From Amoebidium appalachense (lineage: Eukaryota; Protista; Ichthyosporea): a DNA stretch of 64,000 nucleotides. Shown here one piece after another: positions 34,861 through 58,600 of the stretch (position 1 is the stretch's first letter; every line of letters begins with the position of its first letter). The stretch lies in contig CAVNZM010000004.1 of assembly GCA_963693365.1 (NCBI GenBank), positions 7,663,093 through 7,727,092 of the forward strand, read 5' to 3'. A program made the translations under genes and the position numbers. Below the pieces are notes generated by a model. That model was given only the letters and a program-made list of their open reading frames with translations, had not been told where the DNA came from and ran no database searches.

Positions 34861-35379
34861 ACAGGTTGTTAAATCCAGTTCAAAGGGGGGGAGCTGATGC
34901 TGTTATTTCCCATTGTATCAATAATATAGCGCCGGCAGAACAATATCAATCATTCGGATAATGGCTAAAGTGACAGCAATAGTACATCCTAACAACATTA
35001 TATGTATATAACAATTGCGATAGCAACAGCAACACTAACGTCCAAAAATGGTATTATTTCCCAGCTTGTGCTTGAGCTAGTCAACACTGAGGATAAAGAC
35101 AAAAGTTCCAGCAATATTACATTCAATTTCATAACTTTAATGAAAGCAATGTTATTTAAGATAATAACAGCAACACTAACACCTTAAATGGTATTATCTA
35201 TAATAATAAAAAATATTATCTAAATATGGTTATTTCCCAGCTTGTGCTGGAGCTAGTCAACCGGGACCTGAGGGAGAATGCGCTGTATGAGCTCAGCAAG
35301 AAGAGGGAGGAGGTCCCAGACCTGGCCCCCATCTTGTGGCACTCCTTCGGTATGTGTGTGCCTGTGTGTGTGTGTGCAC

Positions 35380-35415
<36 letters not shown>

Positions 35416-35573
35416 ACGTGTGTGTGTGTGTGTGTGTGCATGTGTGTGTGCGTGTGTGTGTGTGGTGGTTGGGGGGGTGGGGGGGGTGGGGCAGGGGGGG
35501 TAGTGGTGCTCGACCTGTGGGCTCTCATCCTGTGGCCTTTGTTAGTTGTTAGGTACGTGGGTATGTGTGTGGG

Positions 35574-35608
<35 letters not shown>

Positions 35609-35624
35609 TGTGTGGGGGGGCCGG

Positions 35625-35656
<32 letters not shown>

Positions 35657-35743
35657 CGACGTGGCCCCTTGCCTGTGGCACTCGTTAGGGCTCGTGTAAT
35701 GCGTGGGTGGGTGGATGGGTGGGTGGGTGGGTGGTTGAGTGTG

Positions 35744-35778
<35 letters not shown>

Positions 35779-35901
35779 ATGTGTAAAGTCCATGTGTCTC
35801 CGTGTGTATGTGTGTAGCTGTAAGTAACGTGTGTGCTATTTTGTGCATGCTATTTTGTGCATGTCCCTGTGCCTGTTAACACCGACACGTATGCCTTTCT
35901 C

Positions 35902-35953
<52 letters not shown>

Positions 35954-36495
35954 ACAGGCACTATGGCGATGCTCGTGCAGGAGATAGTGACCATCTACCC
36001 CCTGCTGTCCCCCCCCACCCTCAATGCTCATGCAAGCAACAGGGTCTGCAATGCGCTGGCACTGCTGCAGTGTGTGGCATCACACCCAGAGACACGTACA
36101 CTGTTTCTCAAGGGTACGTGTTGTTGTTGTTTTTTTGTTTTTTTTGTTTGTGTTGACTTCTTTCAAAAAATGGGGGAGGGGAGAGGGAAGGAGGGGAGGG
36201 GGGAGGGGTTGGCTGTTCTTTCTTTTTGGTTTGGGGGTCGATGGGTGGGTGGTTGGTTGGGTGTGTGGGTGTGTGTCTCTGCAGTGTGTGGCGGCGCAAC
36301 CAGAGACAGGTACACTGTTTCTCAAGGGTACACGGTGTTTTTGTTTGTTTGTTTTGTTTTTTCTTGTTTGTTTTTTTTTGTTTGCCGGGAGGGGGGATTC
36401 GGTGAGTGGGAATGGGTGGGTGTGGTTGTGTTTTTTGGTACTGCCTCCCATCTTCCCACTTGCATGTGTGTGTGTGTGGTGGTGGTGGTGGGTTT

Positions 36496-36548
<53 letters not shown>

Positions 36549-37199
36549 TGTGTGTGTACCTTTTTTTTTGGAGTGGGAAGATGGGGTGGGGGAATGAAGG
36601 GGAAGGGGGGGGGGGGGGGGGGGGGGGGGGGAGAGAGAGAGAGAGAGTGTGTGTGTGTGAGAGAGAGAATTGGGCTCTACCTTAGGTGAGACGCCGATTA
36701 CTTCTGGTTTTCTTGGGGGGTTTCGGTTGTTGTTTATGAGGTGTTCTGCTGGTTAGACGGGGAGAGGGACACGTTTTCTGACTTCTAAACACACAACAGC
36801 ACATATCCCGTTCCTGCTGTACCCATTCCTCAACACTGTCAGCAAGACACGGCCCTTTGAGTATCTGCGATTGACTAGTCTGGGCGTCATTGGAGCACTG
36901 GTTAAGGTGGGGGTTTTTGTTTTTTTTTTCTCTCTTTTCTTTCTCTTTTTCTTTTTTCATTATTCGCTTTTCTTTTCTTTTCCTTTCTTTTCTTTTCTTT
37001 GTTTATGTATATATTTATGTATGTGTGTGTGTGTATACATACATACACACATATATATACATATATAACGAGGGGGGGAGGGGGTTGGTTGCGTGTGTGT
37101 GCTTTTGTGTTTTTTGTGTGCAAGTTTTTTGGCGTGTGGGGGTTTGGGTGCTTGTGCCCGTGCATGTGTGTATGTGCACTTTTATGTGTGTGTCTCCCG

Positions 37200-37291
<92 letters not shown>

Positions 37292-37649
37292 GCGTGTGCG
37301 TGTGCGTGTGCGTGTGCGTGTGCGTGTGCGTGTGTGCGTGTGTGTTAGCAGTTTTCTGCACGTGTGTGTCTGCGGCTCTGTGCTGGTGTGTGTGCGTCCG
37401 TTTATGTGGTTGTTAACGTATGTGTGTCTGTGTGTCTTTGTGTGCCCGTGTGTGAGTCTGTGCGGTGTGTGTGTGTGTGTGGCTGTGTTTTGCACATGTA
37501 TCTGTGCTGACATAGTTGTTTTTTATTTCAGACTGACGACAGTGAGGTGATCAACTTTCTTCTTTCGACGGAGATCATTCCCCTCAGTCTACGCATCATG
37601 GAGACGGGCAACGAGCTGTCAAAAACGGTAGGTGTGGGTGTGTGTGTGT

Positions 37650-37680
<31 letters not shown>

Positions 37681-37743
37681 GGGGGTGAGGATGGGGGTGG
37701 GGGGAGGGAGTGGGGGTGTGGATGTGGGCGGGTGTGTGTGTGT

Positions 37744-37790
<47 letters not shown>

Positions 37791-37972
37791 AATGCATGCA
37801 TGCGTGTGTTGGCGCAGGCGTGGCTGGTGTGCTTGCGTGCATGTATGCAAGGATGGATGCTTGTGTGTGCGCGTACGTGCATGTGTGTGTGCCTGCATGT
37901 GCTTGCCTGTCTGTATTTGCTTTCATGGGTCTGTGTTAATCACTTGCATGTGTGTGCATGTGTGTGTGTGCG

Positions 37973-38004
<32 letters not shown>

Positions 38005-38012
38005 CGTGCGTG

Positions 38013-38077
<65 letters not shown>

Positions 38078-38165
38078 ATCCGGGCATGCAAGGTGTATGG
38101 GTGTTCGTGAAGGGCTGTGCATGTGCCAATGTGGGTGTGTGTTCCTGTGGCTGTGGCACCTGGTA

Positions 38166-38210
<45 letters not shown>

Positions 38211-38488
38211 CCTCTCCGTTCACGTCCTTCTCGCCTGCACATGTATTTGTTTTTTCTTTCTTTCTTTTTTTCCCAATTTTTTTTTGTTTTCAGATGTTTG
38301 CGACGATGCTCTCTGCCATCTCGATGCATCCACCCCCCTCCCTTCCCCCACCGCCCCCGTTCGGGGGCCCCTTCCTCCCCTCCTCCTCCTCTTGGATGTT
38401 GCCAACCCCAATTGCATACATCCTTCTCAACCATTCACTCACTCACTCATTCACTCACTCACTGACTTCCACGTTCACACACACGCAC

Positions 38489-38525
<37 letters not shown>

Positions 38526-38851
38526 TGCCACGTTCATCGTGCAGAAGATACTCTTAGACGAGCTAGGGCTGCAGTACATCTGTCAGACTTACGAGAGGTT
38601 TTTTGCCGTCGCTACCGTCTTGGGCAACATGGTCCAGGTGCGTCCTTTTAATTCCTTTTACTATTATTATCATTATTATTATTATTATTTTCTTTGTGTG
38701 TGTGTGTATGTATGTTTGTTTGCATGCCCTTTTCTTTTTTCCTTTCTTTTCTTTTTTCCCTTTCTTTTCTTTTCTTTTCTTTTTTTTTTGTGGGTGTCTT
38801 GTGTGGGTGGGTGAGTGGGTGGACGTGGGTGTCTTGGGGTCTGGGTGTGTG

Positions 38852-38892
<41 letters not shown>

Positions 38893-39736
38893 GTGTGCGT
38901 GTGTCTGTGTGTGCACGCAGGCAGGCAGGCAGGCAGACATGCTTGGGGGCTGGGGGGTTGGGGTTGTATCGCGTGAGCACAACCATTTCTTGATCAGAGT
39001 CGAATGACATCCGGATTCGAACTTCGTGTGTACGTGTTGGGGTGTTATGGGTGGGTGGAGGGTGGGGAGGTGGGGGTGGAGAGGGGGGCAGATGTGAGCT
39101 GTCGACAGATGGGTGGGTAAAGGGGAGGGGGGGGGAGTGAACTGTCGACGGATGGATTGGGAAGAGGGGGGGGGGGAGGGAAGGAGGGAGAGGGGGGGGG
39201 GGGGGGGGGGGGATTGCTGCATGTTGACATTGCCAACAGACACTTGTGGAGCACCCGTCAACCCGACTGCTTAAGCATGTGGTGCGCTGCTACCTGCGCC
39301 TTTCAGATAACCCGAGGTACGTACGTGTGTGTGCGTGGACTGTCTCTCTCGGTGTGTGTGGGTATGGGTGGATGGGTGGTTGTGTGTGTGTGGGGTGGGG
39401 AGAGGGGGGGGGGGGGGGGGGGGGGAGGAGGGGTTGTGTGTGTGTGTGTCATCGTTCGCCCTCGTCCGCTCTCCCCTCCCCCCTCCCCCCCCCCCCCCCC
39501 CCTCCTCCTCCCCCCCCCCCCGCCCAACCCACCCCTCCTCCTCCTCCTCCTCCCTCCGCGCACCACACCACCGTTATTTTACAAAAGCTTCGTGTTCTGG
39601 TAATATTTATGTATCTGTGACCACTTCTACCTACTGTATCTCCCTCCCCTCCCCCTCCTCCCCACCCCCATATCTGCCCCCACCGTTCATGTGCTCTCGG
39701 GTACCTGCCCCTCTCCCCTCCTCCCTCCCCCCCTCT

Positions 39737-39770
<34 letters not shown>

Positions 39771-40620
39771 ATCTCTCTCTCTCTTTCTGTGTCTCTCTCT
39801 CTCCCTCCCCCCCCCCCCCCCCCCTCTCGCTCCCTCACTCCCTCTCTCTCCCTCCCTCCCTCCCTCTCTCTCTCTCTCTCTCTCTTTCACTCTCCCTCTC
39901 CCCACCTCTCCCTCCCCCCCCCCCCCCCCCCCCCGCCCGCCCCCTCTCTCTCTCTCTCTCTCCGCCCGCCTCTCTCTCTCTCTTCGCCTCCCCCTATCTC
40001 TCTTCCTCTCTTCTCCCTCCCCCTCCCCCCCCGGAATCCCCCTCACCAACACCCAGTTACACCCAATTGCACCCACTTACACCCACTTACACCTACGCAG
40101 GGCACGCGAGGCGCTGCGGCAATGCCTTCCTGAACCTCTTCGTGACTCCACGTTTTTGGCCTGCCTCAAGGTACGCACGTGAAAACACTCATGCACGTAG
40201 TGTACATGTGCCTGACGAGATAATGTGTGCGGATGTGTGTGCCGGTGCCCGTGTAACATGGAGATGTTTCATGGAAGACACGTACATACGTGCAGCAATT
40301 GTTCAGCGTTCACGTGCATGCATTCCATGCAGTTACAGGATTTGTATGGTTAGCCTACAAACACATATGATGCAAACGAACCATTGCCTGTATATGCCAT
40401 CCTGAAATCAGTAAGGGGTTTGTATACAGTACAAGTTTATAGTACTGCATTTTTTTTTATCGATACCAAATTTTATCGACCATTGCATATATATGACATT
40501 AAATTTTAAAACGGGTGTTTTAATTTTAATCTCGTCCAATCACAGGAGGACCAGGTGACCACCAAGTGGCTGGGCCAACTGCTCCTCAACCTCAACAGCG
40601 ACGCCCTGCCCCCCTCGTAG
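31393..40620 (+). CDS. CNOT9: CCR4-NOT complex subunit 9 (RQCD1/Rcd1/Caf40), ~319 aa
   Basis: Exons: tentative 31393-31401 (MMQ), 34534-34680 (..VDRDKIVQ), 35241-35349, 35958-36113, 36800-36906, 37532-37627, 38524-38637, 39240-39316, 40101-40170, 40546-40620. Conserved motifs [81 protein letters not shown]. The first micro-exon is less certain. Confidence 0.96.
32740..33280. repeat. CA-derived degenerate minisatellite (CACATGGACACCCGCACACACACGGAC-like units)
   Basis: Recurring ATGGACAC and CACGGAC words spaced within (CA)n. Confidence 0.7.
33418..34423 (+). mobile_element. Tandem cluster of poly-C-flanked repeat copies (33418-33512, ~33520-33949, 33967-34041, 34087-34182, 34207-34281, 34328-34423)
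   Basis: Each piece ends in CAATCAA, CATTCAAA or CATTCTAA followed by a C-run and begins after a C-run. A ~240-bp unit is tandemly repeated. The longest copy contains the structured core at 33691-33851. Confidence 0.85.
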
Positions 40621-40807
40621 CCAGAAATAGTGCCATGCACTATAAATAGCACGTATGCTGACGAATGCACTGCCAGCCCGCAGGCCGGGCTGGCCCACCC
40701 TGTCATACGCTTGTCTTGGCCCTTTTCCGGCTGGCCCGGGGGGGCGAATAAACTATCTCGGGTGTGTGGATATACGCGTGGGGTATGTTGTTGATTTGAG
40801 TGTACTT

Positions 40808-40863
<56 letters not shown>

Positions 40864-40982
40864 CGTGTGTTGAGCTGCGCGCGTGTGTGGCCTCAACACA
40901 CACACACCGTCAAATCCACACGTCCACGTACATACACACACACACATACGAGTGTGCATGTGCGCACACTCACCCGCGCACG

Positions 40983-41044
<62 letters not shown>

Positions 41045-41242
41045 TCAAAACACCCATACACACACATTTACACACACAAACGGTAACACAAATCACTCAT
41101 ACACAGTCACACATTTACACACGCACAAACACAAACGTCAACACACAATCACTCCTACACACACATTTACGCACACACACACACCTCAGTACCATCGGGC
41201 GCCATCTCAACGGGTCAATGGTTGCGAACCATGGAGAAGAAA

Positions 41243-41293
<51 letters not shown>

Positions 41294-41904
41294 TATAAGC
41301 TCCTTTCAGCCAAATTGAACGTGACTGACGAGCTTGACCGGCAATTCTGCCCCTTTACTGTACTAAAAACCTGAGACATGTACATGCAATGTACGAGATA
41401 TCATGGTTTTTTCTTTTTTCGTATACACCAAACTAGAAGGACATATCTACATGCATATGGCGTCCTGGGGTGTCGCCCTGATTTTCTGACATATCTCAGG
41501 AATATCCGATTACGCAGTACAGGTGCCCAAACTTCGCGCTATGCGTCAAATTTAGGGAATATATTGATATTAGTTACGGAACTGACCAAGATATTCATAT
41601 TTTGGTACCATACAAACTTCGAAAACGGTGGTAAAGGATAATACGTTAGATAAAAAGGTGAAAATTTGAAATTCTTGGTACCATACATACAACACATTTC
41701 CTTTTGCGTCTCATTCCAATCGGTAAATAATCCTTCAACTAACGCTAGCTAGCAATTCAACAAACCTTGATATATATCCAATCGAAAAGTATTGTACAGA
41801 TTACCACGAAACTACAACTTATCCTCATTACCTACGCACATCTTTTTCCAATCCACAAACAGTCTAAGATATCGGTGAGATAAACATTTCACTCATATCT
41901 CGTC

Positions 41905-52336
<10,432 letters not shown>

Positions 52337-53443
52337 ATATATATATAAGGATAAGGAATGAGGGGTGCGTGGGCCGCAGAAATGAAGCCGTGTGCTTATC
52401 TATGGCAGGGACGGGGGTTCATTTGAGGTGATCCGCGGAAGGATGTGAAGCGATGTTGGGAAAGTTTGGGGTGGTCGGTTCCAGATGATTGGAGAAGGGA
52501 AGCACAGGCCGCCACCATCCGGGACAGGCGTTTGTAGATAAGGTCGCAAGATGTTGTCAACGAACAAGTCATGCAGGCCACCTAAATAAAGTCACCAGGG
52601 CACATATATAGTTTTTGCAGAACCGTAGATATTGCTATGAAACCTCAAAGCCATTGGGTGAGGTGAGTGTGCCCCCAAACTTTTGAAGAGAGACCGCCGA
52701 AGAGCTCGTCAGCGCCCCGGTTGTGGCCGTTGTTTGCCCGGCATACCACAGTTTTTATCCGCATACCAGTCGAGTGTAGCATGCTTTGATAGGCTGTTGT
52801 AAACATTCCTCATTAAAATTTCAGGGCCGGCCGGACCGTCAGTTCACGGTTTGTCAGTAACAGCTTGAGAAAACTCCTTAGGGGAGCTCGAGACAACCAC
52901 GAATTATTTATAACATGCTGCGTGAGTCCATTGTGGTTCCTTTTCCGTCTGCTGACTTACCTCTGGCCAGGGAAACTCGTGTCGTGGCAATGGCCAATTT
53001 GTGACTCAGGTGCAGTCACTGCGTCAAAGGCTTTCATCGACTGTCGTGACACCTGCAGGTCCTCCTGGGAGGAGCCTGGAAGCAGCAGTTTGCCATGCGG
53101 TAGGCCCACCGTGAACTTCAGAAACTTCAAAGGCCAAAACCACCATTTCCTGCTGGTAGTACAGTATGACTGCTAGATTTCTTGAAAGTTTAGAGTAAAA
53201 TCCCCCCCTCCCCCCCCCCCCCTAGCCTCCCCCCCCCCTTTGCCCACCAGACAACTTCTTCGGGACGAGCACGTGCAGAATAAAAATGTGTGTGTACTGC
53301 ATGTAGACTGTTAAGTTTCACAGGTTGTTTAAAACCGACTTACAGTACTGTGCAGCTCGTGCATGTCAGTAGGCTAAATGGTTCATGGGGATTCCTGCGT
53401 CGATAGTGCATGGTGCGTGGATGTGCAGGTACTGAAGTAGGAG

Positions 53444-53739
53444 TGTGGTGTGATTGCGCCATACGCGGTAAATACCAATAGATGCGTAGCCAATCGGATA
53501 CGAGCCTGGCGCTCCATATTTGGATTGAGGTATTCAATGAGTGCGCCTACGTGTCCTGGAGGCACGATCCTGTATGTACATCAGCCTCCGCTCTGTGCTG
53601 TGCAGAGGGCCGATAGTAAAGGGTTAGGGAAACGAGTGAGTTCCCGCAACCCCCAGTGTTAGTGTCGTGTTGCCTTTTCCGCTATAACTCCGTTCAAAGA
53701 ACCCACTTCAACACACGTATACACACAAGAGACACAACA
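53444..53739 (+). repeat. 5' LTR (296 bp)
   Basis: TGTGGTGTGATTGCGCC...GACACAACA. Differs from the 3' LTR by 7 substitutions and one 4-bp indel by manual comparison. Confidence 0.95.
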
Positions 53740-53858
53740 GTCTGAGCTACACACTTAAAGCGGTAGTTTTGCGCGGAGTTCTCGCACTTAGGTTAAGTTA
53801 AACACAGTTTTTTCTTTTCCTTTTCTCTCGCATACACTAGTTTTCTTTCTTAACAACC

Positions 53859-55637
53859 ATGGCAGATAATGGTGAAGGTCGCAATAGCCGCGAGGCTTCG
53901 CCCGAGCGAGAGGTTGAGGAATCCCGTCGCCGTTCTCCTCCTCTTAATGATGCCGTTGGGCAGGTTGAGGGGAACGAAGACCAGCAGGTTAGTTCAGAGT
54001 TCGCTGGTTTAGAGGCTCGTTTGGCACAAGTCCAACGCGAGCAGGAGGCCGCTGAAGCCGAGTTGCGTGCGGAGCGCGAGCGCGTGGAAGCTTTACGCGC
54101 GGAACAGCAGCGCCAGCTTGAGCGTCAGGAGACCCTACGCCAGCAGGCTACCGCGGTAGCAGCACAACAAGGCTCAGGTTCAGCGAGCCATAGCTGAGGC
54201 AGAGGCCCGTAAACAGGCAACTCTGGAAGTGACTGCCCGTTTGCGTGGCCAGTACGACGAAATAAACGCCGAGGTCGCTAAGCAGGGAGACGCGTTGGCT
54301 GTTTTAGAGCAGCAGGTGGCCGCAGCTTTGCAGGGTGTGCCTGTCGTTCCACCCTTGGTTGCACCGGCTCCGAACGTACCGGCCGTTGTTCCCATTCCGT
54401 CGCAACAGGCCCCGCCTCCCAACATGCCACCACCGCCTCCAATTCTCCCGCCAGCACCTCCTACTTTACCCGTCCAGCGTAACCTGAATCCTCAGTTCGG
54501 CGCCCCCGTCGGGCAGCGTGGGGAGGAGTCTTTCACTCCCCTCAATACACCCGAACGCGCGGGTTCTACCAGTGCCCCTCCCCAGACTCAACCACGCACA
54601 GTGCCTCCTCCGGCGCCTCCCATGCTCCCCGGTGCCGGCATGTTTGGCGAAGAGGACCCTATTCCCGTGGGCACACCGTTTACGTCGCTCCCTGGGTACC
54701 GTCCCCCGGAGAAGCCCATCGAGCGCAAGATATATTCGGTTCTTTTCAATCAGGCACAGCATGCTGATGATGGGTGGGACTGGACGTACCCCCCGCAAAC
54801 AGCGGCTGATCCATCCCAGGTTGACAGTAGAGTTTACGGCAAGCTCCAGAAGATTACGGCCGAAAATGTTTTCCTCTCGTCTACATACGCCAGCCTTCTC
54901 TCGGGTTATCAAGCGGCGAGCATTCAAAAGCACAAGTTTGGGTGCACGCGCGTTTTCTTCACCTCGATGGTGAGCCAGTCGGAATATCAGCGCGAAGTGA
55001 CGCAGTGAATCAGCTCATTTCCAAAGTCAGGCCCCACCTGACTCTTCCGGAGATTATGAACCCGACTTCGACCGCCTTAGCCCCCTCGTCCGCTATGTGT
55101 TAACCAATCTTATTCCGGAAATGGCGATTTTGTCATTGATCCATGAGGTGAATGTTTCGCCCGTTCCCGCTACCGCCTCAGACCGTCGGAAAGCACAACG
55201 CTCTGTGTTGGAGTCACAGATGCTGAGTGCTCTCCAAGACATTCGTTCCAACGAGGCGCCGTACCAGGGTTCATGGCAGAAGCCAAACCCTCGGTCGAAG
55301 CAGCGCCATCAGCCGTACCAGTTTCCTAAACCACCCCACAATTCCTTTGACTATAATCGGTACGGGGGTTCTCCCAGATCATGCGACTGACCCATACTAT
55401 AACGCACCTGCCCCTGTCCGTCCACCTCCACCACGGGGTGACTGAGCCAATGGGGCCCCACGGGGTGACTGGGGTACTGGGGCTTCCCAGCCGCGTTCAC
55501 GGCCTCCTAGGCAGACAGGTAATCGTGGGGGCCAGTACCAGCAAGGTGACAAGGGTCGTGGGGGCCATGGCGGTGCACCACCTGGCGCTGGGCTTGGGGA
55601 TACCCGTCCTCGTGGGCCACCACGCCCACGCAACTAG
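53859..55637 (+). pseudogene. gag: gag-like ORF, disrupted (coiled-coil N-terminus, Pro-rich middle, RGG-rich C-terminus)
   Basis: ORF pieces 53859-54197, 54229-55008, 55097-55390 and a final frame ...RGGQYQQGDKGRGGHGG...RPRN* ending TAG 55635-55637. Position between the LTR and the protease. Confidence 0.75.
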
Positions 55638-58600
55638 GGGTGCCTTGGTGGGAGTGCTACAGATTCGTCTCAGGTGGGTGATCCTCAGGTGGTAGGCGAC
55701 AGTCCCCCCTCTACCCCTCTCTCCCCACCTTCTAAAAAGGCGCGTTATGATGAATCTTTGGGTCAACCAGGTATGAAGGACAACTCTAGTGTGCTGTGTG
55801 CTTCTATACCGGCACCTCCCTCTTCTGAGTTGGATAGTACCAACCAGTTCGAAGGGCAGGCAGCTAGCACTCAGCCGCAGAGACACACTAGCATACCCAC
55901 TCCTACTAAGGTCGTCCCGAGACCTAGATATACAGTATTTTTATCTTTTTCGCATAATATCAAAACAAAGGCTTTGTATGATCCGGGTTCCCAGGTAACC
56001 CTTATGAAATATTCTCTCTTTAAACACCTTCAAGAAGCAGGAACAGCTTTAGAGCTGTCCCCTTCCTTGATGGCTGCTGGTGGTATTACTCCCACGGGGA
56101 GTCCGCTTGAAGTTAAAGGTGGGTCCGTTATCCCTTGGCTGGTGGGCAATACCCTTTTGGATTGGCCCTTCCTAGTCGTAGGGGATATGAATGGACCGGA
56201 CGTTTTTCTGGGAAATGATTGGATAGACACATGGGTTAAGACTGCAAATTTGGAGACACAGGCACTTACCTTAAGAAACGGAGATTCAGTCCTCCTTTCT
56301 TATGACCATTTACCTGATGTCGCAGCTTATTGCCGTTTGCAAAACCCAGTAGTGCTTAAAGCACATACTGTTACGAAGAAATTTTTAAAGGCGCGTAGCC
56401 ATATGCCAGCGGGACCTGCGTTGTTTATGCCTAAACATTACAACAGTATTTTCCGGCTGATATGGTTGCTGTTCACCCTAGTGGTGATGTAGGCTTGCTT
56501 GCTTACAAATTTTCCGAAGATGATGTGCCTTTATTACCTAGTAATCTTGGCCATGTTCAGTCACTGACTGAGCAAACAATTGCAGAAATCTACTCGGTTG
56601 CGGATATAAACAGCTCTGGTGTTCTTGATTTTCGCGTGTCTACTGCAACCGGCCGGGCAGCGGGGTACACTGGCATGGCGAAGTCTTTAGGATTGGTACC
56701 TAGCCCATACCCGTCCCAAAGATGTAGTCCTGCTGGGCGGGGCACATATGATAATCCTATAAATTCAGAAGAGGTGGATTATGCTCGTAGGTTAGCTGTC
56801 CACTCTTTGTATACTAGTGCATGCATGCCAGCCGCGGGTGACTGTAACAGTGAGGATATAAATGTATCTGATAATGTGCATATGGAGTTGGATGACGGTT
56901 TGGGGGTAGATCCTCCCTCTCGGCAGCAATCCATTTCAATAAATCTGCCACAATTATCCGCAACCTCCCTAGTCGATACCCTCATGCAAACAGAAGAAGG
57001 GGCCACTGAGATCCCGGACTCTGAGTTAGGTAATGGCTCACGGTTCACCCTAGAAGGGGCCCGTAGAGCTCAGTCACACACAGCACCCACCGCCACCCAC
57101 CGTATACCATGGAAATATAATTTTCCTGAGTATACTCCAGAGCTTACAGAACGTGTTTCCTCATTTTTGGATAAACATTATGATGCATGTGTTTATTTAA
57201 AATGAGCGTGATTATGGCAGACTGCATGGGTTTGAGGCCACTTTAGACACAGGTGACCATCCGCCAATCAAAGTGAAGCAATGGCGCCTAGAGCAAGTAA
57301 AATTAGAAGCGGCACAGAAAATTGTAGATGAAATGATTGAACGGGACGAAGCAGAACCCACAGAAGGTTCTCCTTGGCAGTTCCCTATTTTCTTAGTGCC
57401 GTAAAAACAACCTGGCCAATTCAGGATGGTCCAGGATGTGAGAAAATTAAATGAAATTCTTCATAAAGACTCATATCCCCTTCCTAATATTACTGCAGAA
57501 TTAGAACGTGCACAAGGTGCACACAGTTTTGCAAAGTTTGATATGAGTCGTGCATTTTGGCAAATTTATTATGATAAAGAATCAGGCCCGAAAACGGCGT
57601 TCGCATTAGGCAATAAGCTGTAGCAATATAAAGTCATGGTTATGGGTGCTAGTAATAGCCCCCCTACTATGATGCGTGCAATGCATTGGGTGTTAAAAGA
57701 CCACCTAGATGATTGCATTATTTATATTGATGATCTTATATTTTATGCGCAGACAGAAGTCTTAGATGAATTATTTTCGAAAATGGATGCTGTCCTTACT
57801 ACACTAGCTAAGCATAACCTTAAGCTCGATGCTAGTAAGGCAGAGATCGCGGTACCATCTATCGAAGCCTTAGGGCACATTTTATCTGCAGATGGTATTA
57901 TGATCCATCCTAAACGCATAAAAGCAGTTGCAGAGTGGCCTATTCCTAAAACGGTCACCCAATTGCGACAATTTTTAGGTGTCACAAATTATCTCAGGAG
58001 ATATATTATAATTTACGCGCGCATGGCCGCACCCTTGACAAAATCAATGGGTGGTCACGCAGCGAAGAAATTAAATATAGAAAAAGATAGCACACAGCTG
58101 CAAGCATTTTATAATTTACGCACTGCTCTTATCAAACCACCTGTGCTTGTGCTTCCTAATTTTAGTAAGGATGCGGGTGAGTTTGTCGTTAAGACAGATG
58201 CGTGCGCTATCTCTATGGGGGGCTGCCTATACCAGACCCAAGCCGATGAATCTCTGCGTGTGGTGGCATATTTTTCCAAATTATTTTCCCCCATAGAAAA
58301 ACGTTATTCCACCAGTGAGAGGGAAGCCTTAGCCTTAGTATATGCTCTCACACAAGAGTGGAGAGTATATCCCTATGGTCGGAACTTTCGCGTATATAAG
58401 TACGGATCATAAGCCGAATTTATGTATTACTGGGGGCACACGTATTGCTAACGATAGGATTTATCGCTGGGCTGCAAAGCTGCAAGGCTTTGACTTCCAG
58501 TTATTTTATAAAAAGGGTTCTGACTTGCCGGACGCTGATGGCATCAGTCGCATTCCTTATGCCGCTGATGACCAATCAGACGAACAGCCTGCAGATCACT

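Noticed and set aside
41290-41900. Possible DNA transposon remnant
   Set aside because: AT-rich unique sequence, but no TIR pair or TSD could be established.
52396-53176. Exon-like minus-strand segments upstream of the CH gene
   Set aside because: Splice-like sites are present but I found no consistent chain or recognisable homology.
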